Positions 11,508 to 23,026 of a stretch of DNA of 64,000 bases are shown piece by piece. Source of the DNA: Blepharisma stoltei ATCC 30299 (Eukaryota > Protista > Ciliophora); the NCBI GenBank assembly GCA_965603825.1, contig CBFDEM010000058.1:783424-847423 (forward strand). Direction: 5' to 3'. The notes under the pieces were generated by a model. It was not told where the DNA came from. It saw only the letters and a list, made by a program, of their open reading frames with translations, and searched no databases. Every line of letters starts with the position of its first letter. The first letter of the stretch is position 1. A program made the translations under genes and the position numbers.

Positions 11508-13202
11508 TTAAAAGGTCACTTTCTTTCCTTGGAATGCCTGAATTGATCCTTTTTGTTTTGCATTATCCCTAGGTGGGGCAGCTCTTGGGCCTCCAAACCC
11601 TCTAGGTCCTTTTTGAGGTGAACTTCCGCCTGATTTATTTCCTGCATAATCCACCCTGATTGCTCTTCCATCAAGTTCGCTTCCACTCAGCTGAATGGCT
11701 TTTTCAACTCCGTCAGGAGCGAAAAACTCAATGTGAGCGAAACCTTTGAGATTTCCTCCAGAGTCCATGGCAACTCTTACGCCCTTGATTTCTCCACAAG
11801 TAGAAAAGAATTGCTTAATGGATTCTTCTGTCGAGCTATAAGAAAGACTACCAACAAAAACGGTGGTTGAGTTGTCTTGGCTTGGTCTTGCCCCAGCAGT
11901 TCTTGGGCCTGTAGGCTTGTCACTTGACATGTTGACTCTGAGGGTCCTTCCCATATGTTGTGTGCCGTTTAGCTCTAGGGCTTTGTTTACAGCTTCTCCA
12001 TCAGCGAAATTCACAAATGCGATGCCTTTTGAATTTCCTGATTGGTCGTAGAGAAGTCTAAGTTCTGTGATTTCTCCACAGCTTGAAAAGTGGTTGCGTA
12101 GGTCGTCTTCGGTAGCTTGGTATGATAATCCACCGACGAAAACTTCTGTTTCTCCGGTTTCGTTAGCTCTGGCTTGTTTGGCTGGGAATGTGACGGTAGG
12201 GGCTTCGTTTACTTTGCGCTTTAAGTCAGAAACTGGCTCTGCAGCAACTGGGGCACGTTTGGTTGGCTTGCCATTTTCTTCATCACTGTCTTCAGATGAG
12301 CTGTCTTCAACTTTAGCTGTCTTTTTGAGGGTTTTTGAGGCTGGAACTTTGACCTCTTCTTCACTTTCAGACTCACTTGAGCTTACCTTTTTAGCTGCAG
12401 CCTTTTTGCCTGGGGTCGGCTTTTTGACTTCTTCTTCACTTTCAGATTCTGACTCGCTTGAAGCTGGTTTTTTAGCTGGCTTCTTTGCGGCTGAGGCTGG
12501 CTTTTTTGGTTTTTCTTCCTCACTTTCGCTGCTGCTGCTGGCTGCTTTTTTTACAACTTTTTTGCCTGGGGTTGGCTTTTTGACTTCTTCTTCGCTTTCG
12601 CTTTCAGAAGAAGCTTTGGCTGGCTTTTTAGCAGGGGTTGGCTTTTTGACGTCTTCTTCGCTTTCGCTTTCAGAAGAGGAAGCTTTGGCTGGTTTTTTGC
12701 CTGGAGTTGGTTTCTTTACCTCCTCCTCACTTTCGCTGGATGAATCTTTTTTGTTGGTCTTTTTAGCTGGTGTAGGCTTTTTAGCTTCTTCTTTAGGTTT
12801 TACTTCAGGTTTTTTGGCTTCAGCCTTGCCTTTAGCTGGCGTCGCTTTTTTGGCTGGCTGCTTTACGTCTTCTTCACTTTCTGAGCTGGATTCTTTTCCT
12901 TTTTTCACGACTTTTTTAGGCTTGGTGTCTTCTTCGCTTTCTGAGCTGGATTCTTTTTTGCCTTTTTTGGCAGGTGTTGGCTTCTTTGCAGAAGTTTTCT
13001 TGGCTTTTTCAGCTTCAGAGTCGTCGGAAGATTCTTCGGAGTCAGATAATTGCTTTTTTCCTTTTGTTTGAGCTTTTCCTTTTATGTCTTTCTTTGAGGC
13101 GGAAGTGAAAACTGGGCCTTCGTTTTCAGAGCTTTCTTCAGAAGACTCCTCTTTTTGGAGTTTAGCCTTCTTTTTGCTATCAACGATTGCTTGTTTTCCC
13201 AT
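11508..13202 (-). CDS. Nucleolin/NSR1/Gar2-like protein (two RRMs)
   Basis: Alternating basic and acidic S/E repeats, two RRMs (VFVGGLSY/KGIAFVNF; VFVGSLSY/KGFAHIEF), C-terminal GSIQAFQGKKVTF. ATG at 13202 (MGKQ). Confidence 0.9.
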   Translation of the reverse strand: MGKQAIVDSKKKAKLQKEESSEESSENEGPVFTSASKKDIKGKAQTKGKKQLSDSEESSDDSEAEKAKKTSAKKPTPAKKGKKESSSESEEDTKPKKVVKKGKESSSESEEDVKQPAKKATPAKGKAEAKKPEVKPKEEAKKPTPAKKTNKKDSSSESEEEVKKPTPGKKPAKASSSESESEEDVKKPTPAKKPAKASSESESEEEVKKPTPGKKVVKKAASSSSESEEEKPKKPASAAKKPAKKPASSESESESEEEVKKPTPGKKAAAKKVSSSESESEEEVKVPASKTLKKTAKVEDSSSEDSDEENGKPTKRAPVAAEPVSDLKRKVNEAPTVTFPAKQARANETGETEVFVGGLSYQATEDDLRNHFSSCGEITELRLLYDQSGNSKGIAFVNFADGEAVNKALELNGTQHMGRTLRVNMSSDKPTGPRTAGARPSQDNSTTVFVGSLSYSSTEESIKQFFSTCGEIKGVRVAMDSGGNLKGFAHIEFFAPDGVEKAIQLSGSELDGRAIRVDYAGNKSGGSSPQKGPRGFGGPRAAPPRDNAKQKGSIQAFQGKKVTF

Positions 13203-14001
13203 CTCAAATATTATTTGTGGCCACACATATGTCCCCAAAAAATGGTATTTTAGGTATCTAAAGTGAAAGATCGCTATAGAGCAATAACTTCATAATTCTT
13301 TTAAGCCTTAAACTTTATAAAAACTCGAGTTATTCCAGCTAAGTTTTATATGCATATATTTTAGACTGATTGATTATGAAAAGACAATAATTTTTTATTT
13401 ATAAGCCAAGCTATATCAACTTTAAAATAATTTTTTTGCCAGTTGAAGATATAAGGATTTAACTTTGACTAGATAAGAAATTCATCTGTTTTCATCTAAA
13501 AAACCCTATAAACTTTTTTAATACAAAACTCGATATAAAGCCACTTTTTAAATATTTACTCAATGAAAAATTCGTAAGGGATTCCAAAGATTATTAAATT
13601 TTCAATCAATTTTATACATATCCTATCAAGGATACAAAAAAATTGCTATGATTTATTTTAAAAGCCTCAGATATCTTAAGGCTATTTATTAGACAAAATA
13701 ATTGACTTGCTAAAATAAAAACATACACATTTTTATTAATATTTAGATAGATATCTAAAATAGTCCCCATCAATCTATGTGTTAATTTACAAAAAACAAC
13801 TAATTAAAAGAAAATTATTTAGAGAGTGATATTAAGGTATGATTATGCTCGATCCTATCGTATAAATCAACATCGATATTTTAAAATCATTAATATTGAT
13901 GCTAAAAACATAATTAAAATTGCTAATTATTTTAAAAAGGCTTTAATAAGTACTTACAATATCTTTATTTTAGATATTCTATTGTGTCTTTTATCATACC
14001 C

Positions 14002-15048
14002 TTATCTAAATTTTCTATTTAGCGTTGACTCCAAAACATCTTCCATAGTAATTATCCCAATAATTCTTTTACCATCACTTTCAGTCACAAACGCCATATG
14101 CCTATTCTGCTTCTGAAACATATTAAAAACCTCTAAAATCGTGGCTTCTTGCCCCACAAGCATAACCCGCTTTAATTTTACCCCAGAATTTTCTATAGTA
14201 CAATTTTCATCAACCCCTACTAAATTTTTCATCAATAAAACTCCCATAATTTCCTGGGGATTATTTTTATAAAAAACAGGGACCCTTGAATACCCTTGCC
14301 CTGTAATATTTTTCAAAGTATTCCTCGTCAATACTAAATCTGAGGACAAGCAATAGGCTTTATTAATATCAATCATATAAGACTTCACTAATTTTTTCTT
14401 CATATCAATTGCGCCGTTAATTATATTAATTTGGCCTGGAATAAAAGAATCTCTATAAGATGAGCTTGAATTTAGTCTGATAATGGATTTTAAATGGTCA
14501 TTGTCTAAGCTTTTGCTGTGATTCAAGCCTAATCATCAATCTAATAGCCAAGCAGAAGGCTTACTGATAGGGTAAAAAATGTACATAAGGATTTTTACTA
14601 TTGGAACGGATTTACTGGCAAGGTAAAATTTTTTAGGTCCAGTCAGGATTGACATAGGTAGGACTTCTCCAAATATAAAAATCAAGAAAGTGCTTAAAAT
14701 AACAGCAATGATTCCACAAGTCATATAGCCAAGGATAATAGGAAGAGCTTCAGTCGCTAATGCGTTAGAAAGCAAAAGGGTAACTAAAAGCCAATGGTGC
14801 TGGGAGATGACTGGTAATAGCCTTTTAGCCTGTTCTCTTTCTTCTTGAAAACCGACTGCTAATTTTAGATAAAGGTCATTTTCGTCAATTCCCATTAGGC
14901 CTACTGTTAGTCCTGACATAAAGCCTGCAAAAAGAACTAAAGAGACTGAGATAAAACAATACAAAGCATAATCGCCGAATGCTAATTGTACGTCTTCTGT
15001 TTTCTTGTCAATTGAAATACCTGCTACAAATAAAAGAACTGAAATCAT
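14002..15048 (-). CDS. CNNM/DUF21 + CBS-pair metal transporter
   Basis: AGFMSGLTVGLM, LLVTLLL.NA, FGEVLP, GYSRVPV, GIITMEDVLE. Tandem TGA TGA at 14533-14538 reads LLD-W-W-LG. Confidence 0.9.
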
Positions 15049-15440
15049 CAAGGAAAATTAGATAAATAAATAATTTTATTGTCAAAACAAGCGCTTTAAT
15101 AGAATATGGTCTGCAGATTAAATTTCTATTTAGCACCAAAGTTGTTTCATTTTAAAAATATATTACTTTTAATTATTTGTATTATTTACATCAATTCATT
15201 TCTCTTTCAAAAATCATATAACAAATTATTTTTCCGATCAGATAAGAGCTTTTGATTATAAATACAAAGCATTATTTATATGAATAATATGATAAGATAT
15301 AATTGAATTTGAAATACAACAAAAAAACATAAATTGCTAACCTAAATTTTGCGAATTTTTATTATAATAATTAAATTCCTTAGCTAAACCCCTTATCTTT
15401 ATTTTAATATATTCTTATATGAAATATCAATGTCTTAAAA

Positions 15441-18005
15441 ATGGATCGAAAATCATGCTCAAAAGATTACGAAATTCTTAATAAGCTTGGTCAAGGCAGT
15501 TTTGGTACAGTTTACAAAGTTCGGAGAAAGTGTAATTTTTATGCAGCTGATAGAAGCATTTATGTGATGAAGTCCATAACCATTTCAGGGTTGGACCGTA
15601 AAGGTCAGCAAGAATCAATCAATGAGGTCAGAATTTTAGCTTCTTTAGACAATCCTTATATAGTAAAATACGTTGACAGCTTTATTGAAGAAAAGACAAT
15701 GCACATTATCATGGAATTCTGCGACAAAGGCGACTTAGGGCAACACTTAAAAGCCCAGATGGGAAGAATGATGCAGGAGCCAAAAATTTGGAAATTTTTC
15801 ATCCAATTATTGATAGGACTCGAATATATCCACTCCAAAAAGATTCTGCACAGAGATATCAAGTCAATGAACTTCTTCCTCGCCAAAGAAGATTCAATTA
15901 AAATTGGAGACTTAGGAGTCGCAAAGGTATTGTCAAGCACAGTAGCCTTTGCGCATACTATGGTAGGAACGCCTTATTACTTATCACCAGAGCTGTGTGA
16001 AGAGAGGCCATATAATGTAAAAAGCGATATGTGGGCATTAGGATGTGTTTTATATGAAATGTGCAGCTTGAGACATCCTTTTGATGCACCTAATCAAGGT
16101 GCATTAATCTTAAAAATTATAAGGGCTAATTATCTGCCAATAAGCACAAATTACTCAGCTGAACTAAGAGAAATGATAAGCTTATTGCTAAGCAAAGATT
16201 ATAAGAAAAGGCCTTCGACTACAACTATACTAAAGCGGCCTGGGATGAAAGAAAGGACTATTGGGCTAAATATTGACATCCCTGAAGGGTGCTCGCTATA
16301 TGAATCACAGATCCTTATTAATAAAGAGCCAAGAGTGGCAGAAAAAGAAGAAGAAAAAGCTAAGCCTCAGCCGGCTGAAAATATAAGCAATGAAAATGAT
16401 AAAAAGAAGCCGGCAGCCCAAAAGCAGGCTTTAACTAAGCCACAGCAACCAATAGTTAATAAGTCTCCAAGCCAAAAAATTGAGCCTAAGTCTGTCCCTT
16501 CTCCTCAAAAACCAAAAGAAATCCCAAAGCAAGTTTCGCCTCCTAAAGACCAAATAATAGTCCATTCTCCTCTTGAAGTCCACAAAGTATCACCCCCAAA
16601 AGAGCAGCCAATAGTCCATTCATCTCCTTTTGAAGTCTATAAAAAAGCTCCAGCCCAGCCTAATGAAATTCATAAACAAATTTCTCCTCCAAAAGACCAG
16701 CAAAAAATCAATCCTCCAGAAATTCATAGACAAAATGCAGTTCATAAAGACCAAGCCCCACAAGAAATCCCTGTTTTTAAGCTACAAAATGAATATAAGC
16801 CAGTTGTCCAAAAAATCGACTGGCCAATTTCCAAAAGTCCTGCCCCAAAAGTAGAGCCAGTTGCAAAACCAACTCCAAAACAAAATATTTCAGCACAAAA
16901 AATTAACCCAAAGCCAGCTCCAAGTCGACCTAAAAATCAGCCAGCCCCCCAGCGTATCAGAAAAGGAGCACCTACAAGCCTAGCTCTTTATGCCCAGCGG
17001 CAAAAAATCATAAAACAAGGCGTCCCGTCCTCACAAGCTTTTCGGCCTCCAGCTCGGCCAAAATACTCCAAGCCAAAATCCACGAATTTTTCCCAAGAAG
17101 AAATCGACGAAATCCGAGAAGTTGAAAACCTCCCAGACACCCCTAAAAAAATCAGTGTCCAAGACCTCAGAAACCTTGAACTTCCTCGAGACCATACCAT
17201 AAAAACTCGAAATAAAAGCTTTAGCACCGCAGATGAGTCAAAAGTTAACGAAACTTTCGAGCCTGAAGACATAGAATCCAGTCTAAATGACGTAGAAGAA
17301 AGGCTTGTTTTTGAGACCTGCTCAGACAAAGAATCATATGGCTCAAACAGTTTTGAAGAAGAAAACGGAGAAGAATTAATAGAAAACGGCAAAGAAGAAG
17401 CCAAAGAAATAGAACCAGATACCAATACACTAGGATCAGCAGATTGGAATTACTCACGAACTGAAAAATTCCCAAGCGCTGATATGACGACTGCAGATGA
17501 AGAGGAAAAAATTCCTGTTGTAGAAGCTGCAGAAGAAGAATACAAAATAAATTACATGGAAAAATCAAATTCTCCACAAAATTCTGACAGTGAAGACCTT
17601 TTTTATGATAAAAGTAGCAGCGATGAAGGTCTTGAATGGATTGAAGAGGACGAACAGGAAAATTTAGAATGCACAGTAGAAGCTTTACAGTTTAAACTGT
17701 CAGAAGTACAGAGAAAAGAAGCAAATTTGCAAAGACAGCTTGGACTGAAGCGAAAAGAAATCATTGACAGAATTGGGGATGAGCTTTATAATGAGTTTTA
17801 CGAGCTTTTCAGAATGGGGATTAAAAATGAAGACAAATTAGAAGAAGAGGAAACTAGCAATTCAGCCCTAGACCGCTTTGTGTGTACAAGACTGAACGTA
17901 GAAGACTCTGACCTGATATTTGTGATGTATAAAATACATAACCTAGAGCTTGATATTGCGCAGTGTCAAGAAGCTATAAGCAGCATAAAATTTGAATTAA
18001 TATAA
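15441..18005 (+). CDS. NIMA-related (NEK) Ser/Thr kinase with long P/Q-rich and acidic tail; one 15-nt intron
   Basis: GQGSFG, HRDIKSMN, IGDLG, GTPYYLSPE. Confidence 0.92.
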   Translation: MDRKSCSKDYEILNKLGQGSFGTVYKVRRKCNFYAADRSIYVMKSITISGLDRKGQQESINEVRILASLDNPYIVKYVDSFIEEKTMHIIMEFCDKGDLGQHLKAQMGRMMQEPKIWKFFIQLLIGLEYIHSKKILHRDIKSMNFFLAKEDSIKIGDLGVAKVLSSTVAFAHTMVGTPYYLSPELCEERPYNVKSDMWALGCVLYEMCSLRHPFDAPNQGALILKIIRANYLPISTNYSAELREMISLLLSKDYKKRPSTTTILKRPGMKERTIGLNIDIPEGCSLYESQILINKEPRVAEKEEEKAKPQPAENISNENDKKKPAAQKQALTKPQQPIVNKSPSQKIEPKSVPSPQKPKEIPKQVSPPKDQIIVHSPLEVHKVSPPKEQPIVHSSPFEVYKKAPAQPNEIHKQISPPKDQQKINPPEIHRQNAVHKDQAPQEIPVFKLQNEYKPVVQKIDWPISKSPAPKVEPVAKPTPKQNISAQKINPKPAPSRPKNQPAPQRIRKGAPTSLALYAQRQKIIKQGVPSSQAFRPPARPKYSKPKSTNFSQEEIDEIREVENLPDTPKKISVQDLRNLELPRDHTIKTRNKSFSTADESKVNETFEPEDIESSLNDVEERLVFETCSDKESYGSNSFEEENGEELIENGKEEAKEIEPDTNTLGSADWNYSRTEKFPSADMTTADEEEKIPVVEAAEEEYKINYMEKSNSPQNSDSEDLFYDKSSSDEGLEWIEEDEQENLECTVEALQFKLSEVQRKEANLQRQLGLKRKEIIDRIGDELYNEFYELFRMGIKNEDKLEEEETSNSALDRFVCTRLNVEDSDLIFVMYKIHNLELDIAQCQEAISSIKFELI
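15532..15546 (+). other. 15-nt spliceosomal intron GTAATTTTTATGCAG
   Basis: GT..AG with A at position 10. It is in frame, and removal turns RRKCNFYAADRS into the normal-length RRKSDRS. Confidence 0.75.
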
Positions 18006-18014
18006 TATTTAGTA

Positions 18015-19049
18015 TTATGAAAAGCTATTCAGCCTTGGTTTTTTCGTACATACTAAAACTTTGTCAACGTCAAATCCATTTAATTCTCTCGGCAGAGGAG
18101 ACACCTCAATAATGTCACAAGCCCATTTGTCAGGACTGGAAGGACTCATCAGTTCTTCAATATGCTCAGTTGGGACCTCTACTTCGTCTTGGCAAGGAGA
18201 AGCCAACGCTCTTAAGGCATTAATTACGTCAGGCATAATGGGCACGTCTTCTTCGCTTTCTTCCACAAAATCAAAGCGGCTGCTATCTTGTTCCACATCT
18301 CTTGAATAAATTCTTGGCCTTGCTAATTTCACTGGCGTCAAAGTAAAGGACTCACTTGCTGCTCTTTCTCTGATAACTCTGGCAATCGGCAATTTGTAGC
18401 ATCCATCAGGAGGCAGAATCCTTATACCAAGACAGTCCAATTTGGCATGTTTAGGCTGTATGTGTCTGTTTTGTGGCATCGTGTCTCTTGCTAATGTGTC
18501 ATAATCTGGAGCTAGCTTGTGCAGGTATAAACAGTCAGGTTTTGCACAAGCTCGACCTCTTAAAAAATAAGTGCAGTATTTTGTAGTTCCATAAGTTGCA
18601 GTTAATTTTTTCCCGTCTAATTCAAAACCATTGCAGGCTTTAATACATATTGCAGCTTCTTCATCTGTAGAGAATGTGACATGAACCCCATAGCTTGGGC
18701 CGTTTGGGGTGTTTGTGTAAGCAGTGCCTTTGTTAATTACGCATTTTTTGATTCTTCCATACTGTCCAAAGTATTCTTGACTTCTCAGCAATTCTTCGTC
18801 AGCTGTAGGAGCTGGGAGATTGATTATGTAGACCAGGTTACTTTGTATTACACGAGCTTTCGCCATCTCGTCTATATCTTGAAGAGGGATTTTCGGCAAA
18901 TTTGTAGTCCTGAGTAAGTCTTACGGTTTGTCAGGTGAAGTTGTGTTTGAAATTTTGTAAGGAGAAAGACTTGATGGGTTTTCACCCTTTTTGGTTGAGA
19001 TTGTTATGGGAGAAACGTTAAGGTTTCGGGTCTTTTTAAGAGGTTCCAT
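18015..19049 (-). CDS. NOT4/CNOT4-like RRM + C3H1 protein lacking the N-terminal RING; one 15-nt intron
   Basis: RVIQSNLVYI..L, YFGQYG.I.K, YGTTKYC.YFLRG..C..PDCLYLH. ATG 19049 connects in frame after intron removal. Confidence 0.85.
18910..18924 (-). other. 15-nt intron GTAAGACTTACTCAG
   Basis: Contains the in-frame TAA, has A at position 10, and removal restores the ORF. Confidence 0.9.
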
Positions 19050-20264
19050 GTATTATTTCTAATAAAAATACAACAGAATTGAGCATTTGTTTTTATTTAG
19101 ATGATTTAAGTTTGAATTAGTAATGGAGAAACAAATAATAGTTGAAAAATTATAATGATAAGTAAAACTATCAAAATGGTATCAGAAATAAAAACAAACT
19201 TGCAGATAGGAACTGAAGTTAAAATACAATAATAAATTAGCTAAAAGGAGATCGCTGTGAATTAGCTCAAGCTATAATAAGTATAACTTGATTTAATTAG
19301 TTTGCTTTATGGTGTTCTTCAGTTAAAAAATTCAATAAACAAAGTTAGTATTAGTATATAAATTAAAATTTATTAAAGATATATAGATTCTTAAAGATAC
19401 GCTTTAATCGAGCAATTTTAAATAATTTTACCATAACCCTTAATAAAGTTAAATGGCAGCTATGCTCATCCCTAAGCCTTTTAGCATAGCTGTATTTTAA
19501 ATTGATTATTCATGCTTATATAAAATTATATAGCTTATATAAAATATGGTAAATCAAAGAATGCTTATGTGCGAATATAGAAGTCATGTAAATAATTAAA
19601 AATAAATTAAATTTGAAAATATAGTTAATTAAATTATGAAAACCAGAAATTTTATCTTAAAAAAAATTAGCTATTTTTATACTAAAACGGATTAAAACAC
19701 ATAATTATATTACCTTAAGGTCATTTCCCAGTTTTTTTAGACCAAAACTTTTTCCTTCCTGGTTTGAAAATAAATGATTTTCAAATTTAATCATTTGAAA
19801 AATATTTTTTCGTTTATTACTTATGCTAATTATTTATAATAGACCGACCGAGCAATTAAAAGTTTTTTTTCCTTTACGTTTAAGCGCTTCGCACTATTCG
19901 AAAAATTTATTTTGTTGGGTTGTTTATTACAACAAACAAGATTTTAAATTCTTTCTCGTTCTTGGCCAAGAGAAAATTATAAGTATTTTAATTAGTTAAC
20001 AACTCTTAAAGCAAAATGGGATACTCCTTGTTCAAATAAAATAAAACTTATTTCAAAACATAGTTCAAAAATTCAATCAAGACTATTAAAAATTTCTAGA
20101 TTAAAAATCGCATAATATAACAGTGACTTCACTATTAAACATAATAAAATGGCGACTGTAACAAATATACAGATAAAAAAATGGAATTAGCGAATTATCT
20201 AGAATTGTAACCCAAATTTTAGCATTATTTAGAATTTATATAAACATCGAAACGATAACATTAT

Positions 20265-20999
20265 TTATTGATTCGCTTCAATTTTCTGCTTTTTCCTTGG
20301 CTTGGCATCTAGACCAACTTTTCTTGCTTTGACCACTAAATTTTCAATGATAAGTGGTTTGATATAAGGAGCTTCCTTTGGTGCTACTACCAAAAAGAAA
20401 CTCCCATGCCTATAATGTGAAGTAACCTCTTTAATTACAATTTTCTTATAATTCAGAACACTGTCTGACTCTACATCCACCGTCCCTCTCATGATTTTGT
20501 CCCCATTTGTGGTCGTTTCCATCAGCTTAGGTGGGTTTTCATTTGTGAATAACAGAATTTTAAAATGTACAGGGTTTGGTAGGGTGGTTTTGTTCCCTTC
20601 CTGGTCTGTTATTTGCGCTACTATAGAAAAGGCTTTTTCTTTGAATACTGGGTGAGGAATATCGTTTAGTAGCTCAAGTGAGTACTGTCAGTCTGGCGCC
20701 TCTCCACAGAGTTTTTCAAGTAAAAACTCGCTTGCAATTGGTTCTTCCCTTGGTATTATAACCGAATAATTTTTGTTGCCAGCTTTTAGGGAATTTATTT
20801 CAGATGTTATTCATTGTAATTTTCCCATGTTGGAGTTGCACTGTTCAGAAAGCATTCTGAGCACAGCCAACTGGTCTTGGTAGCCTTTTAGTAGATATGA
20901 TAAGGGCGAGTTGTCCACCCCAATCGGGCTACTGCTTGCTGCCTGAAGTTCTTGATTTAACAAATTTAGATACTCAAAGCATCCGAATAAAGAAGCCAT
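20265..20999 (-). CDS. 244-aa protein with coiled-coil N-terminus, beta-sandwich-like domain and basic C-terminal NLS
   Basis: Single ORF when TGA 20811 and TGA near 20688 are read as Trp. Ends KPRKKQKIEANQ-TAA. Confidence 0.8.
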
Positions 21000-22354
21000 T
21001 ACTTTAGAATTAACTCCATTTAAGAAATCGAAATTCTAGAAAACATGGAAGAATTAAAATAAGTAAAGAAAACGCTCTCTTAAAATTGGCCAAAAAGCAG
21101 CAAATAATGCTTAATCGCATTATTTGTTATGCAGCACTCAACACCGCAATTAATTTTGCTATCGAGGTAAAAGTATTTCTAAATAATTAGCTTAGAAAAA
21201 GAAAAAAAAATCGTTGTTTGTTTTTCTATTCCAAGAACTGGTAGATAAAATAGGCGTGATAAATGCAAAGTATTCCCTTGATGCTTTAATTTTTATAATT
21301 ATGCTACTGAATATTAAGGCCTATACAAAAAATATGGAATTTGTTGCCTTTGAGAGATAGAATTAATGTTTTTAGAAAGCATCAGTAGCAAAGGAAATTT
21401 TACCTGTACTAATAATATTAGATATAAGATAGCCGAATTCTAATATAATGAATCACCATTTTGAATATTTATTATTGATGGGGAAAAGTAATATTTCATA
21501 TTTCAGCTTTTCATGAATAAAGCAGATGAGATGCAAGTCAAAAATTCTTTGGAATGATTTATTTAGTTTTTTTTATCTTAACTATTATAAAGCTACTAAA
21601 GATTCGTAATATAAACATATGATAGAAAAAGAAATATTATTGAATTGGTTTTAACTATAGGGTACAAGAAAGATGATGCCATACAAAACAATTATATAGC
21701 ACACTAAGAAAACTTTGCTAATCAAAATCTTTACCATTTTTCAGTATTCTGATCAGTGCTTCGCTCAGAAAAGTAAAAAAAATGAAATATAAATCTAAAG
21801 ACTGCATTGAGCATTTTGTAAATGTTTTTTGCAATTAAAATGAAGATCGATTTGCATTTGAGTTTTAAAAAATATAGCTAGCAAAAAAGGACATAATCAA
21901 TTGGCTGAAATTCTTAATTAATTTATAATTTTTTAAGTATCAGTTAATTGGATATTATGAAGAAATAAATAAAAATAAATTTAAGACGATTAATTATATG
22001 ATTTGAATAATTAGTCACAGTTGCTTTATTCCTGAATTGCTTCATGTCTAAAAAGTATGATATTGTTTAAATAAAATGTCATAAATTATAAGTATATTAT
22101 AGGATTTTTAAAATAATTCTATATTGAAAGCACTGCTCAAAAATAAAAATCTATAATTTTTAAGGTCTAAGCCGATTTAAAGAGCTTTAGTGATTACTTA
22201 TATGGCTTTAAGTAAATGATACTACAAAGAATAAGCTAAAACCACAATAAATCACTCTATAACTGTTGCAATCCTTTACTATATAACTATTGTCATAGAG
22301 CCGAATTTTCAAAAAAAATTTAGAAATTAGGATATAAACTACACATATAATTAT

Positions 22355-23026
22355 TCAAGTTAAAGCTTCATCAGTATTTAGAGATACATCCACTCCTAGA
22401 TTCTTCTTTCTCGCAATCTTGTTAAAAACGACCTTTTTGTGCAAAGAAAATCCTTCAGGAGAGTCCGAAATATTTTTTATATGAGAAGTAACTGAGTAAT
22501 CATCAGATGATAAACTATAATCTTGACTGTGCTTGTGGCTATGGGAGATTTTCGGGAAAAATACTTTTGATTTTGTTTCTGAGGATTTGGCAGAGTAATT
22601 TTCAGGGAAATTTAATTTTAAATCAGTTGGTACCCTCTCACTTCTAGGCTTTTTAGGCTTCTTTTCTGTGTAATCTGAATTTCTTGAAGATTCTATAGGG
22701 ATTTTTGATACAAATTTTGGTAGGAGATCGGGTGATTTTCTTCCTCTATTTAAATTTTCTATGTTATGGCTTTTTCTAAGAATTGTATAAGTGCTATTGA
22801 GGTCGTTTAAATTCGCTTGAAAATTAAAAAGAAACTCTCCCATATTCGCTAGATTCGTTGAGCCTCGAAATTTTGATAGCTTTTTATTGCTAAAATGCTC
22901 AACATACGGGAATATTGATCGAGGAGAATCTCTGGCTATTTCTTTTAAATTGGATGCTTCTAATTCTGAAATGATCTTTCTTATATTTAGCTGTGGCCTG
23001 ATAAAGTAAGTTTTGTTTTGTTCCAT
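22355..23026 (-). CDS. Hypothetical basic low-complexity protein (3' end ambiguous, see findings)
   Basis: 223-codon ORF with ATG, ending in TGA. The next in-frame TAA is at 22208. Confidence 0.65.
   Translation of the reverse strand: MEQNKTYFIRPQLNIRKIISELEASNLKEIARDSPRSIFPYVEHFSNKKLSKFRGSTNLANMGEFLFNFQANLNDLNSTYTILRKSHNIENLNRGRKSPDLLPKFVSKIPIESSRNSDYTEKKPKKPRSERVPTDLKLNFPENYSAKSSETKSKVFFPKISHSHKHSQDYSLSSDDYSVTSHIKNISDSPEGFSLHKKVVFNKIARKKNLGVDVSLNTDEALT

Noticed and set aside
12067-13071. 334-aa + strand ORF rich in S/L/F/A
   Set aside because: Antisense shadow of the repetitive nucleolin N-terminus.
19457-19492. 10-bp perfect inverted repeat CAGCTATGCT...AGCATAGCTG
   Set aside because: Isolated short hairpin with no TSD, second copy or ncRNA motifs. 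Not enough to call a MITE, IES or RNA.
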